From: Chiloscyllium plagiosum
Taxonomy: Eukaryota
DNA: 64,000 nt
Assembly (NCBI RefSeq): GCF_004010195.1
Contig: NC_057742.1
Span: 27,420,076 to 27,484,075, forward strand
Reading direction: 5' to 3'
Made by a program: the position numbers and the translations under genes. Positions 12,895 through 25,533 of this stretch are shown here, in pieces; the first letter of the stretch is position 1; each line of letters opens with the position of its first letter. Below the pieces are notes generated by a model that had not been told where the DNA came from, did no database searches, and saw only the letters and a program-made list of their open reading frames with translations.

Positions 12895-14412
12895 GAAAAG
12901 AGCACCCCAGGTTACTGAGGGAAGCGAGAGAGGAAATAGCTGCAACCTTAACAGATGTCTTTGCAGCATCCTTGAACATGGGTGAGGTCCCGGATGACTG
13001 GAGAATTGCTAATGTTGTCCCTTATATAAGAAGGGTAGCAGAGATAATTCAGGTAATTATAGACTGGTGAGCTTGATGTCAGTGGTAGGGAAGCTGGTAA
13101 AGGAGATACTGAGGGATAGGATCTATTCCCATTTGGCAGAGAGTGGGCTTATCAGTGATAGGCAATATGGTTTTGTGTAAGGAAGGTCATGTCTTACCAA
13201 CTTAATAGAATTCTTTGGTGAAGTGACAAGGTTGATGGATGAGCAAAGAGCTGTAGATGTCATATACATGGACTTCAGTAAGGCATTTGATAGGGTTCTG
13301 TATGGTAGGCTGATGGAGAAAGTGAACTTGCATGGGATGGATAAAGAACTGGCTGGGCAACAGGAGACAGAAAGTAGTAGGGGAAGGGAGTTTCTCAAAA
13401 TGGAGAACTGTGACCAGTGGTGTTCCACAGGGATCCATGCTGGGACCACTGCTAGTTGTGATATACATAAATGATTTGGAGGAAGGAATAGGTGGTCTGA
13501 TTACCAAGTTTGCAGATGATACTAAGATTGGTGGAGTAGCAGATAATGAAGGGGAATGTCAGAGAATACAGCACAATATATATAGATTTATTTGAGAGTC
13601 GGGCGGAGAAATGGCAGATGGAGTTTAATCCGGGCAAATGCGAGGTGATGCATTTTGGAATTCAAGAGCGAACTATACGGTAAATGGAAAAGTTCTGAGG
13701 AAAATTGAAGTACAGAGAGATCTGAGTGTTCAGTTCCATTGTTCCCTGAAGGTAGCAATGCAGGTCAATAGAGTGGTCAAGAAGGCATACGACATGCTTT
13801 CTTTCATTGGACGGGGTATTGAGTACAAGGGTTGGCTGGTCATGTTACAGTTGTATATGACTTTGGTTCAGCTACATTTAGAATGCACGTACAGTTCTAG
13901 TCACCATATTACCAGAAGGATGTGGAAACATTGGAGAGGGTGCAGAAGTGGTTCACCAGGATGTTGCCTGGTATGGAGAGCTCTAGCTATAAAGAGAGGT
14001 TGGGTAAATGGGGATCGTGTCATTAGAAAGACAGAGTTTGAGGGAGAACCTGACTGATGTCTACAAAATCATGGAAGATATAGACAGGGTGATTAGCAAG
14101 AAGCTTTTTCCCAGAGTTGGGGGCTCAATTCCGAGGGCTCACAAGTTTAAAGTGAGAGGGGAACCATTTAGGGGAGATATGCGTGGTAGTTCTTTACACA
14201 GAGGGTGGTGGGAATCTGGAAAACGTTGCTAACAGAGGTGGTAAAGGTGGGCATGATAGTGTCATTTAAGATGTATTTGGACAGATACATGAATGGGCAG
14301 AGAGCAGAGGGAAACAGATATCTTTGAAAATAGGCAGCAGGTTTAGATAAAGAATCTGGATCTGTGCAGGATTGGAGGACTAAAGGCCCTGTGCTGTAAC
14401 TTTCTTTGTTTT
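12895..14412 (+). mobile_element. 5'-truncated CR1 LINE with frameshifted reverse transcriptase
   Basis: VDVIYMDFSKAFD (13223 ORF), VTSGVPQGSMLGPLL...KFADDTKIGG (13332 ORF) and the CR1 3' tail; several stops and frameshifts. Confidence 0.95.
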
Positions 14413-14683
14413 TTGTCGAAACAATCCCATCATAGCATTGTGGGTGGATGTACACAATGCTGTGGTGGGATTGTTTGTACCTTCCCACAGCCTGTGTGTG
14501 ACATCAGTAGAATGGGTGGAGCCAATGTAACTTGAACATCAACCCCATTAAAACTATTACCTCATTCAATAAGGCAGACCCATTGGAGGTAGTGGTACAG
14601 AGTATTAATATGGGAGGAGATGCCCTGGCTGTTCTCAACAGAGGTTCTTGATACTGTAAAAACTTAAGACATCAGATCAAAAA

Positions 14684-14780
14684 CTGAAGAAGGGTCCTGC
14701 CTGAAACGTTGACACTCTTGCTCCTCAGATGCTGCCTGACCTGCTGTGCTTTTTCCATTGCCACACTTTATCAACTCAAA
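14684..14780 (+). mobile_element. Short PLE-derived element, family 1, single arm with hammerhead-like core
   Basis: CTGAAGA agggtcctgcct GAAA cgtt, then ctcctcagatgctgcctgacctgctgtgctttttcca. Confidence 0.7.
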
Positions 14781-14789
14781 CACAATTTG

Positions 14790-16090
14790 AAAGTTCATGG
14801 CTTGGCATATCCCTCACTCAACCATCAACCCAGGGCATTGACCTGAGCTCAGTGCAGTGTATATTCCTATGATAGCATCAAACATATCTAAAAATGAGGT
14901 GTCAACCTTATGAAGCCACAATATCAGACAACTCGTGAGCCAAAGTGCAAATGCTCATAGAATTCTTACAGTGTGGAAACAGGCCCTTCTGCCCAACAAG
15001 TCCACACCAACTCTCCAAAGAGTATTCCACCCAATTACTCTACATTTACCTCTAAATAACACAGCCCTGAACACTATGGGCAATTTAGCATTGCCAATTC
15101 ATTTAATCTGTGCATCTTTGTGATTGTGGGACAAAACCAGAGCACCAAGAGGAAACCCACACAGCATGGGGGGAACATACAAATTCCACACAGACAGGTG
15201 TCCAAGACTGGAATTGAACCTGAATCCCTGGTGCTGTGAGGCAGCAGTGCTAACCACTGAGCCACCGTGCCACTGCACTTGCTAGACCAAGCCAAGCAAT
15301 CTCACAACCAATGTGTGAGACATCAGTTCTGCAGTCCTATCACATCCAGTTGTGAATGGTAGTGGATAATTAAACAACTCACTGAAAGAGGAAACTCCAT
15401 AAATATCTCCATCTCCAATGATAGGAGAGTACATATTTTCAATGCAAAAGATAAAGGTGAAGCATTCACAGAAACCTTCAAAAATAAATGTTGGGTGGAT
15501 CACCTATCTTGGCTTCCTCCTCAGATTCCAGTCTTCAACCAATTTGATTCACTACACATGATATGAAAAAACAACTAATGGTGCTGGATGCTGTGAAGGC
15601 TATGGGCCCTGATAATATTCTGGCAGCAGTACTAAAGACTTGCATTTCAGAACTTGCTGCACAAAGCAGCCAAGCTATTCCAATACAGTGACAAAACTGG
15701 CATCTAGCCAACCATGTTGAAAACTGCTCAAATATACTGTATGGAAAAGGCAGGAAAACATACCACCAATCAGTCCATGCTCGAGAATCAGTAAAGTGAT
15801 GGAAGGTGTCTTCAACAATGTTTTCACGCAGCACTTAACAATAATCTGCTCAGTGATGCTCAGTTTGGGTTCTGCTGGGGCCACTCAGCAACTGATTTCA
15901 TTACGGCCTTGGTTCAGACATGGACAAAAGAGCTGAATTGCAGGGGGAGGTGAGAGTGACAGCCCTTAACATCAAGTCTACATTTGACCAAAGTAGTATT
16001 AGGAAGCTCTGGCAAAATTAAAGTCAGTGGGCATCTGCAGGAAAATGGGTTTGACTGAGACCTGGCACAAAGGAAGGTGGTTTTGACTCT
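14790..16090 (+). mobile_element. LINE family B fragment interrupted by an HE1 SINE
   Basis: Collinear with the element encoding ORF 59425-60183 (gctatgggccctgataatattctggcagcagtactaaagacttgc = AMGPDNI). Confidence 0.85.
14957..15272 (-). mobile_element. HE1-type SINE
   Basis: Reverse complement of the 2523 element, with A/B boxes at 15210-15272. Confidence 0.9.
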
Positions 16091-16571
16091 TGACATCTAC
16101 CCTGTGGCAAATGTCACAAGAGAGTGCCTAACTCAGTGATACCTCAATAATTCATTCCACAGAAAGAACAAGAGAACTCCACAAATTGATTACATGCTTG
16201 CCAACATAAAAAATTATAACATTCTGATAGATTATCTCCAACATTCTAAATGTTTTCTTTCATCCCTACATTTTGTTGTATGACTTCAGGTTCATTCAAG
16301 TGTTTTTTGTTTTACATCAGCTGGGGATTCATCTCATGGAGACAGCTTCCATCTGTATTTTCTTCTCTGCCCAAAATCAATGAAGCGGATTTTTGCCTCC
16401 AACAATCATTGCATCCAGAATAAGCTATATTCTGCTGCTTATGTTTTTAAGCCACTTAATTTTAGGTCATTAGCCATGTGAGATTTTCTATTAATTTTGC
16501 CTTTATTGTCTTAGCTCAGCTGTAATACTACAGTGCACCAAATATTGTAAACTGAAATATGCGATATGAGA

Positions 16572-18255
16572 AGTTGTGATGTGGGTGTCACTGGCTGGCC
16601 AGCATTTATTGGCTGTCCCGAGCTGCCCTTGAGAAGGTGGTAGTGAGCTGCCTTCTTGAACCACTGCAGGCCATCTGCTGTGGGTTGCCCCACTATGCCA
16701 TTAAGGAGGGAATTGCAGGATTTTGACCCAGCGATGCTGAAGGCATGACAATATATTTCCAAGTCAGGATGGCAAGTGGCTTGGAGGGGAACTTGCAGAT
16801 GCTGATGTTGCCATGTACCTGCTGCCCTTGTCCTTCTAGATGGAAGTGTTCATGGGTTTGGAAGGTGCAGTCTAAGGATCTTTCTGCAGTGCTTCATGTA
16901 GATAGGATACGCTGCTGCTGGTGGTGGAGGGAGTTGATGTTTCTGAAATCGGGGCAAATCAAGCAGGTGACTTTGTTCTGGATGATTCCAGCTTCTTGAG
17001 TGTTGTTGGAGCTATGGTCATCCAGGCAAGTGGGGAGTATTCCATCATACTACCTGATTTGTACCTGACTTAATGGACAGGTTTTGGGGAAATCAGATGG
17101 TGAGTTACTTGCTGGAGTATTCCTAGTCTCTAACCTAGTCTTGTAGCCTCTCTGGTGAGTCCAATTAAGTTTCTAGTCAATGGTAACTCCCAGGAAATTG
17201 ACAGTGGGGGATTCCATGAAGGTCACACCATTGAATGTCAAACAGTATTGGTTAGATTGTCTGTTATTGGATATGGTCATGCCTGCCATTTTTTGTGGTG
17301 TAAATCTTAATTGCCACTTAAGCCTGGATATTATCTAAGCATTTGAACAGAGACTGTGTCAGTACCTGAAGACTGGCAAGTGTTGCTCAACATTGTGCAA
17401 TTGTGGACGACAATCGCCACATCTGACCTGATGTTGGAGAGAATGTCACTGATGAAGCAGCTGAAAATGTGGGCCTAGGACACTACCCTGAGGAACTCCT
17501 GCAGAGATGTCCTGAAGCTGAAGTGACTGACACTCCACAACCACAAGCAGCTTCCCATGTGTCAGGTATGACTCCAATCAGTGGAGAGTTTGTCCCTGAT
17601 ACCGATTGATTCCAGTTTTGCAAGGGCTCCATGATACTACATTCGGTCAAATGCAGCCTTGATGTCACTCTCACCTCCCTTCTGGAATTCAGCTCTTTTG
17701 TGCATGTTTGAACCAAGGCTGTAGTGAGGTCAGAAGCTGAGTAGCCCTGGTGGAACCCAAAATGGGCGTCACTGAGCAGGTTATTGCTGAGGAGGTGCTG
17801 CTTGATAGCACTGTTGGCAATACCTTCTCTCACTTTACTGATGAGCGAGACTAAAAAATGGGGCAGTGATTGGCCAGGGTGGATTGGTCTTGCTTTTTGC
17901 GTACAGGACATAACTGGGCAATTTTTCACATCGTTGCATAGGTGCCAGTGTTGTAATTGTACTGGAAGAATTTGGCTAGGGGAGCAGAAAGATGTGGAGC
18001 ACGCGAACTATTGCCAGAATATTGTCAGTCCATAGCCTTTGCACTATCCAGTGCCTCCCACCATTTTGTGCTATCATGTGAAGTAAGTCAAATTAACTGA
18101 AGACTGGTATTTGTAATGCTGGGGACTACTCGCGGAGGCTGAGCTGGATCCTCCACTTGGTACTTCTACCTGAAGATTGCTGCAAATACTTCAGCCTTAT
18201 TTTTTACACTGATGTGCTCAGCTCCTCCATCAATGAGGTTGGGGATATTTGTGGA
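16572..18255 (-). mobile_element. LINE family B, 3' half (RT region to tail), decayed
   Basis: ORF 17483-17929 has AIKQHLLSNNLLSDAHFGFHQGYSASDL (RT QxGF region); tail at 16575-16700 matches 7368-7525. Confidence 0.9.
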
Positions 18256-18989
18256 AGAGATGTATTATAAATGACATGTTGTTACTTGTTGGCCTGTCTA
18301 TGAAGCAGAAACTATCTCTTGCTCAACCTTGTGTACTCTTCAAGGCCTGTCCAATGCTGATAGTGAATTTTAAAAATCTAAAGCAAAAATATGAATCTAA
18401 AGAAAATTGATGGTACTGGTTTATGTTTACACTGAGGCAGATTATAAATTCAGGATTTGGTTTAGATTTCAACAGTTCGCAAAGTATTTTCACTTAACAG
18501 GAAGGTGTTTATAAGTTAAACTGAATCTCAGACCTATTAAAGTAACAAGTTTGGAATTATGTTCCAGACGGAGATACAAAAACAGGGTAACTTTCAGCAT
18601 AAGTAAATAAAACAGGGCAGGGATGTACCTGTTTGATATTAACAGGGTGAAGGGGTAATTTGAGTCTCTGGCAGGTAGTTTTCCTAGAAATGTCTCACAA
18701 TACCTATCTCGACTCATCGACTGGCTCATTGCAGAACTTAGCAATGTTTTAACAAGGTTTCTTTTAGGTTACCCTTCCTGGCAGGTAGTCTGCTGTGGCC
18801 CAAGCCAACTTTCCAACGCAATCTTCTACTCTTCAGCTTATTAATTATGCAACCGGCCTACCCAGTGCTCACCTCCTAGAATTGTTTGACTGAAGACATT
18901 TCACTACTGATGGGACTTTGCAAGTTCTATGTCACTGAGGTCATATTTAAACCCAGTTTCACAGCACTTCCTGCAAACTATGAACTGCC

Positions 18990-20145
18990 CACCACATTGT
19001 CGTGCCCAGAAAGGGCAGGGTTGACTCCTTGGTTCATCCACAGAGACCCGGAGGAGCTGGTGGATCGGGTGGTGGAAAGGAGGGCACTGCTGACCGACAA
19101 AGGAGATCATGCCATCAGACTGAGCCAGTCTGAACCAACATAGTGGTCTGGTCAATGCAGTGTCCTGGAGAAGGACAGTGGATGGGCAATGCAGACAGAA
19201 GGTTAATGACCTTCTGCACTCTGCAAGGACAAGTGTCACCAACGTCTCTCTGCTAGCTCACATTGACACATCCCCCCAGAATATGATAATCATGACTGAC
19301 TCTGACATTACCCCTGATTGACCATTGTCCCCCTTCAGTCTGCTAAGGACTGGTTCCCTTTGGTTTTCAGACAGAGCCAATTGGTTGTGGCATCTCGCAA
19401 TGTGGAGCCACATAGGCTGCTGGCACGTGCTGGAGGTGGTGACTTCAATGTAGCACAGTGCGCACCCCCTTGACTGTTCAACACTCCAGACTACACCTAG
19501 CAGCTTGCTCCCTCTTGGAGTAAAACACACAGCTTGCCACAGAAGCTGGCAGCCTCCAAGTTAGCGCAAAGAGACTCAGTGCTAACAAAGCAAGCTAAGT
19601 GCAATAAGATGTGCAAATGCATGATATGCGTCTGTCCTTGCAGGAATAGCGACCTGGCAGAAGCATGTAAATCACAGGAATCCCTGAGCTGCAAATGAAG
19701 TCCTGCAGGGATAAAGTGGGGTGTCAGTTTGTGATGAGAGACATGGTGATGCCAACTTGCATGATGAAGGGTAGAGCAGAGCTTTGCACATGGAGCATGT
19801 AGGCACGTAGTGGCGAAGACAGAACTGTGCGAACATTCAGAGAATGAAGCAATGAGCTGCTGCTGCCAGGTATTGGCTATATCTTTCACGCGAGAAATTG
19901 GCTCCATCTTGTTTCTTGTGGATGGATAGGAGAATCAGAAGAAATGAAGGGGGGATTAATTAATAATAAGATACAAATGCATGGAAATAAGCTAGCTGTT
20001 GCTCATTATCAAATATCAGAGGTTTCTATTTAAACTTTATGAGGAAAGTTGGAATTTTGCTCTCGACACCGAGAATCTGGTTTGCCCATTTTTGACATAT
20101 TACCCCAACTTTCCTGCGCTGCTCAACAGAATAGAAAATTCTGCC
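18990..20145 (+). mobile_element. Harbinger/PIF-type Myb/SANT (MSANTD/NAIF1-like) relic
   Basis: TPWFIHRDPEELVDRVVERRALL, then after a frameshift LVNAVSWRRTVDGQCRQKVNDLLHSAR; ends aaaattctgcc, a possible TIR. Confidence 0.65.
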
Positions 20146-21129
20146 AACAATCTTTCTTGGATTTAGATACCTTCAAAGAAATAAATGGGTCAGAGAAGGA
20201 TGAAAGGGAGAAAACAGCTCTGAAGAAACATGTGGCTGTTTTTGCAGCGAAAACATTATGTTGGGTAGAGGTAGGAAGAGAAAAAAAACCTCGTTCCAAA
20301 AAAAATTAAAGAAATAAAAAGACTGACTCTGAAGTTAAAAACACAACTTCCCATCAATTTGTAATTTTTGACATGCAAAAAAACTTAATCCTTTCATAAA
20401 GGTTCAAGCACGTCGAGGTAATAGCCCATTAATGGAAATGCAATTGATGAGAGAACTGAATGTCTGCTGACAAAAAGGAAAATTACCTCCTTTTATGTTA
20501 ACGCTCATAGAAGGAAATATGGAAACACTTTTGTCTAAATCAAGCTCAACTAAACCATAATCTGTATCTTTGGAATCTATTAAATCCACAAGACTGTTTT
20601 ACAGATGTCTTACACTAGGTGTCAGTAGATTACTTAACAGAGGAATTTCACCTTTTGGAAATGGTTTAATTCTTATCCTGTACATATTATTTTGCAGTCT
20701 TCCTTTTCTTAAAAATTGAATACAACATGTGATCAAAGTAAAATCTGGCTTCATCCATTCACAACGAAGATTCTCACCCAACAATTTCACAGATCACCTG
20801 ACAACAGATTATCAGCTCAGTAAATACTCTTCAAACCCTGATGAGTACATAATTAGTGCAATGGATCAGGATGTAAAATGATCTGAGCTGTACAATGAAA
20901 AAGGATGTAATCACCACACTAGCTAGATGCCTGCAATTATCCAGTCTCACTTTTATCTGGCAGAAGAAAAAGGAGAAACATCAAGGAGCATTATCACAAG
21001 AAAAAGAACATTCTCCTTGTTGTTTATTCAGAATCACAAATTCAGATATTACAGTCTGGATATCTGGGTAGCAATATTATTAGATCAAAATGTGGAGCAG
21101 CCACAACTTGACTAGTTAGTGAGATAGAA

Positions 21130-21280
21130 TGGAAGCTGAAAATACTGGAGAGGCTTTAAATCAGAAACAAAAATAAAACTCAGTAAGGGTCATTCAACCC
21201 AAAATATTAACTCTAATTTCTCTCCACAAATGCTGACAGACCTGCTGAGATTTTACAACAGTTTCTGCTTTTGGTTTGTG
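21130..21280. mobile_element. PLE-derived short element, family 3, collapsed inverted pair
   Basis: aagggtcattcaacccaaaatattaactc...ctctccacaaatgctgacagacctgctgag; related to 48255-48415 and 60291-60380. Confidence 0.55.
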
Positions 21281-22041
21281 AGGGAGGTAGAATGGGCTGG
21301 TGTACGTGTCCAACAAATGTACTGCACAGAAAGAAAAACAAGAAAGAAAGAAAGGAGAGCGATAGAAAAAAATGAGGAAATGGAGGGAGAGAAATGTTAC
21401 CAAAGACATAAAGTTGTTGTGATTGGAAAAGAGAGAGATATGGAGACCTGACTATTAATTTTAAATAAAGACATGAGACCTCCCCTATAGAACTGCAGGA
21501 GATTAGAGAATCCAGAAGAGATGGGCGAGAAAGGGGAGTTGTACTAAATCTTGTTACTTTATTTTCAATCACATATCCTTCTTAAAATATTTTGAGGGCA
21601 TCTTTGCTACTCTATAACAAATTAAAACGTTTCTGCCAGACAATTACAGAGAACATATTTTTGGCTGTCCTTTAGAGAATTTGTAGATTACAAGAAATGA
21701 ATTGTTTTGTTATTTTCCATTACATTTTTTTTTAAATTAAAAGCAGTAACTTTTTTTTCTCATTAGGAAGGAGATGAATCAACATACAACATTGTCTGAT
21801 GCTATAAGTAGAAGTTTAGAATAGAACATATCCATTCCACCTTCAAACACAATATCTTGTTGTGTTCGCTTGCTTTGCAGTTAATACTGTGCCTTCAGGT
21901 ATTACTGTCTCCTGGGGTTTGATAAAATCATGGTTTGCAGACAACATTGAGTGAGTCTAATTTATCAAATCGACTGAATAAATGAATGCTCACAGCTGGG
22001 CCACACAGACCTTGGGCATGAGTGAAATGACCCTGTTTCAC

Positions 22042-22111
22042 CTGAATATTACAGACTTTCTTCTTGACTGAGTGAATCTTCGCCTGATCAATAGTATATC
22101 ACAGCTTTTCT
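22042..22111 (-). CDS. Weak candidate internal exon
   Basis: Acceptor atgttgcttttacag|, donor CAG|gtgaaa; one open frame KSCDILLIRRRFTQSRRKSVIF with a phase-2 end compatible with the 3302 exon. Confidence 0.2.
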
Positions 22112-22394
22112 CTGTAAAAGCAACATGCGCTGTGGAAAAAATAGCACCCAAAGCCATTCGTGTTTGACGGTCTGCACTGGGTGTGGCTATCAACTACTGC
22201 AGAGCACAGCTGGATATGTGGAACCCTCTGAGGTCAAAGTTACAGAGAGCAGCCACACTCTCCAGACATCCTGCAAGTTGCCTTAAGCCAGGTTCTCTCT
22301 TCCAGAACATTTTTACCTCCCAGTTTCCCTTGCTTTCTCAAACATGCTACAATATTTCTCCATAGTGACAGCTGCTCTTCAGCGTTTTGCTCAA

Positions 22395-22785
22395 GTAGAG
22401 TTTGAGGGGAGTTCTTATCGAGGTTTGTAAAATAATGTTGGGTATAGATAAGGTGAATCGTGTATTTTCCATCAGGTGGGAGATTTCAAGACTAGGGGGA
22501 ATGCTTTTAAGGTGAGAGGAGAAAGATTTTAAAAAGATATATGAGGCAATTTAGTTTTATGGAGGCAGTGGTTCATGTGTGGAATGAAGTTCTCGAGGAA
22601 GTAGTGGATGCGGGTACAGTTACAACATTTAATAGACATTTAGATAAGTACATAAGGAAGAAATGTTCAGAGGGATATAGGCCAAGCACAGGCAGATGGG
22701 ACCAGTTTAGTCTGGGATTATGGTTGGTATGGACTGGTTGGACCGAAGGATCTTTTTGAGTGCTGTACGACTCCTTGACTCTACA
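22395..22785 (+). mobile_element. CR1 LINE 3' fragment
   Basis: VVHVWNEVLEEVVDAGTVTTFNRHLDKY (22541 ORF) and the CR1 tail. Confidence 0.9.
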
Positions 22786-22859
22786 CGGAAGCTATATCAT
22801 GAGCTAGGTAACCTGGGAAGAGAAAAACATTTATAAGCCCAGGTTCCACTCCTTCACTG

Positions 22860-23330
22860 GCAACCTGCTTTTACAAGGTCCTGCTAACAGAGTGACATGT
22901 CCCATGCTGCTCCACAAGAGTGTAAGCTGAGCAAAAAAAAAAAGAAAGATTGGAACAGGTGACCAAAGGTTAGGTTAAAGATGTAGGTTTTAAGGAAGGT
23001 CTTAAAGGAAGAGAGTGATATAAATACTTATGCATAAATTCCAGAAGTTAGAGATGAAGCAGCTGAAGATATGATCACCTACAGTGAAGCAAATGAAATT
23101 GGGATGGTTGCAAAATGAACTGCACAAGAGGCTAAAGTTAGAGAAGCACTGTCTTCTGGGAATGTTGTGGGACTCAAGGAGATTACAGAAATGTGGACAC
23201 AGTGAAGGGAGGGTAATGGAATAGGCTATGGAAAGAAATGATCATGTACATAAGAATTTAAAAGTTGAGACACTTTATGTACAGGAGCCAATGTAGATGT
23301 GTAGCCAACATATATTAGTGAACAAAAGGA
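22860..23330 (-). mobile_element. Old L2-like LINE 3' end
   Basis: ggaacaggtgaccaaaggttaggttaaagatgtaggttttaagga...aattccaga; similar to 44920-45450. Confidence 0.55.
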
Positions 23331-24523
23331 TAACAGTTGAACAAGTCAATTCAGTTCAGACTTGATACCAATAGAAAATTACAAACTGACTTTTCTTTTT
23401 CCAAGTAATAACCAACATAAGAACCCTTGAGGTTTAATAGGCCAGTTTAAAATTGAAGTTAAAGTTTTAACTGGAATGGATGCTCCACCTAGTTAATGGG
23501 TAAATGCTCTTATAGCATGGTGGTTGTCCATGTTATGGACCAGTAGGCTTGGGTTCAAGTCCCATCTTATTCAGAGATGTTTGAGTGATAACATCTTTGA
23601 ACAGGTTGGTTAAAAAATATCTTTAACTGACAAGTGGATATGTCATCATAATGGCTGAGCAAATGCAGCTTTCTAGCAATTTTACAGGTGATCTTGGTTA
23701 TTAAAAGCTACTGTTCAGAGGCTGCAAATGGTAATGAAGATGCCTTGTAGAGACACAAAAGGGAATTAGTTGTGCTAATCAAGAACATAATGCATTTGTA
23801 AAAAATAGTTGGAATGCACTGAAGGTTGTGCTTTGACCATTAGCTCCATATTAAAATCGAAATTCCGGGCAAATGCTGATGGTGCCAGATTTTTCCAAAT
23901 TACGCAGTTTTTAATTTGTAGTTCTTGCCATTCAAATGCTGTCAAAGAGCTGCATTGCCAAGTGCTGAGTAGCCAACTGAAAGGAAATTTGGAGCTATAA
24001 CCTGTCAATTCAGAGATTTGTGCACTGACCTCCATCTCTCCCTCTCTTTCTGTCTCCTTCCCCGCTCCCCCCTTCCCCATCCAAATTGAAATTGGTATTC
24101 CTCAGTTAAAATGTAGACTTTAGGTAATTTGAATCCTCCATCAATGTTCTAAACACTAACTCTAAAACACAACATTTCCTGTTTTGCACTAGAATTTTAC
24201 TTATGCTGAGATGAAATGTTCAAGGCCTTCCTTCCAAGCTAGATCTAAAGATGTTGTGCTGAGCATGACTCAGATAAGCTAGAACGTGCAGTTAACAATG
24301 GGGTGCTGGAGGCAAGGGTCATGGGTTAACAAGGTGGAAAAGCATTCATTATCTACAGCCATTTAATAGTATTGGAAGCATTCAGTATGTAAAGTCAGTT
24401 AACAAGGTGAAACGTATTCATTATGTGAAACCAGTTCATTGTGCAACAGCAGATAGCTTAATCTTTACTGCTGACCCTTGCTGATTGTAATGGTCACCCA
24501 ACTTAATATATATGTTGCCTTAC

Positions 24524-24749
24524 CTGGATGTTCCTCCCTGTAACATAACTATGTCATTCATTAAAAAATCTGCTCTTCCAGAGAAGACGGAGAACTCATG
24601 TCTCTGTGCACATGGGCGATTGTTCTTGCTCCCTCCAGGGCCCGGAATAAAGATGAAGGAGGTAAAACTATATTGTCTCTGAGCATTTTGCTTTGACTGA
24701 GGGGGGAAATGGGACGACATGGTGAGTTGCTGAGGGACCAGATATGGAA
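24524..24749 (-). CDS. Candidate coding exon of an unidentified gene
   Basis: Acceptor aaattctcag| (or accATG at 24720), open frame PYLVPQQLTMSSHFPPQSKQNAQRQYSFTSFIFIPGPGGSKNNRPCAQRHEFSVFSGRADFLMNDIVMLQGGTS, strong donor CAG|gtaagg. Phase-2 end matches the 3302 exon; GC-richer than flanks. Confidence 0.35.
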
Positions 24750-25218
24750 CTGAGAATTTAGTTGATAAGTATTTAATTTGTTTTGTATAATGAAAATATT
24801 TGTGGCTATTGGTAATGGAACTATAGGTTAATTACATTGTGATAGCCATGGCACAATGTTTCAGGTGCTGTGGAAGTTCTCTTTTTCAGTGGAGTAGTTT
24901 GAGAATTCCATTCTAAAAGTTAATAACTTGGACATAGTTTATTCTAGTCCTGTTTTACAGTAATACCTTTGTGATGGTTCTTCAGGCTCCATTCTGACTG
25001 TCAAATGACTATTGCGACGTAAGCTGCACAGTGAATCACTTGGCAGTCAAATAGCAATAAATCTTCAGTTTTGCAGTTAAAAATGGGTCTTTAATTCACA
25101 ATGCTTTTTCTTAAAAAAATTGAAATTATCACTTCTAATAACTGCATATGTTGGTTTATTTTGTATAGAACTTCAAGGGTACAATGTAGTCGCAAACAAC
25201 TGTAGTCAAAATGCTGTA

Positions 25219-25533
25219 TAGATTAGATTACTTACAGTGTGGAAACAGGCCCTTCGGCCCAACAAGTCCACACCGACCTGCTGAAGTGCAACCCACCCAT
25301 ACTCCTACATTTACCCCTTTTTACCTAACACTACGGGCAATTTAGCTTGGCCAATTCACCTAACCTGCACATCTTTTGTGACTGTGGGAGGAAACCGGAG
25401 CACCCGGAGGAAACCCACGCAGACACGGGGAGAATGTGCAAACTCCACACAGTCAGTCGCCTGAGTCGGGAATTGAACCCAGGTCTCTGGCGCTGTGAGG
25501 CAGCAGTGCTAACCACTGTGCCAACGTGCCGCC
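25219..25533 (-). mobile_element. HE1-type SINE, young full-length copy
   Basis: Close reverse complement of 2523-2845 with CpGs retained and a (tagat)n tail. Confidence 0.95.

Noticed and set aside
20404-20790. Two adjacent minus-strand ORFs
   Set aside because: Poor acceptor, no recognisable motif, length expected by chance.
21767-21799. Plus-strand terminal exon EGDESTYNIV*
   Set aside because: Good acceptor but too short, with no supporting plus-strand exons.
24320-24435. Degenerate ~36-bp tandem repeat
   Set aside because: Only about three poorly matching units; ordinary old slippage.
24524-24540. GFRAL identity from the spliced TSR|ISS peptide
   Set aside because: Only six residues match and no transmembrane segment precedes them.
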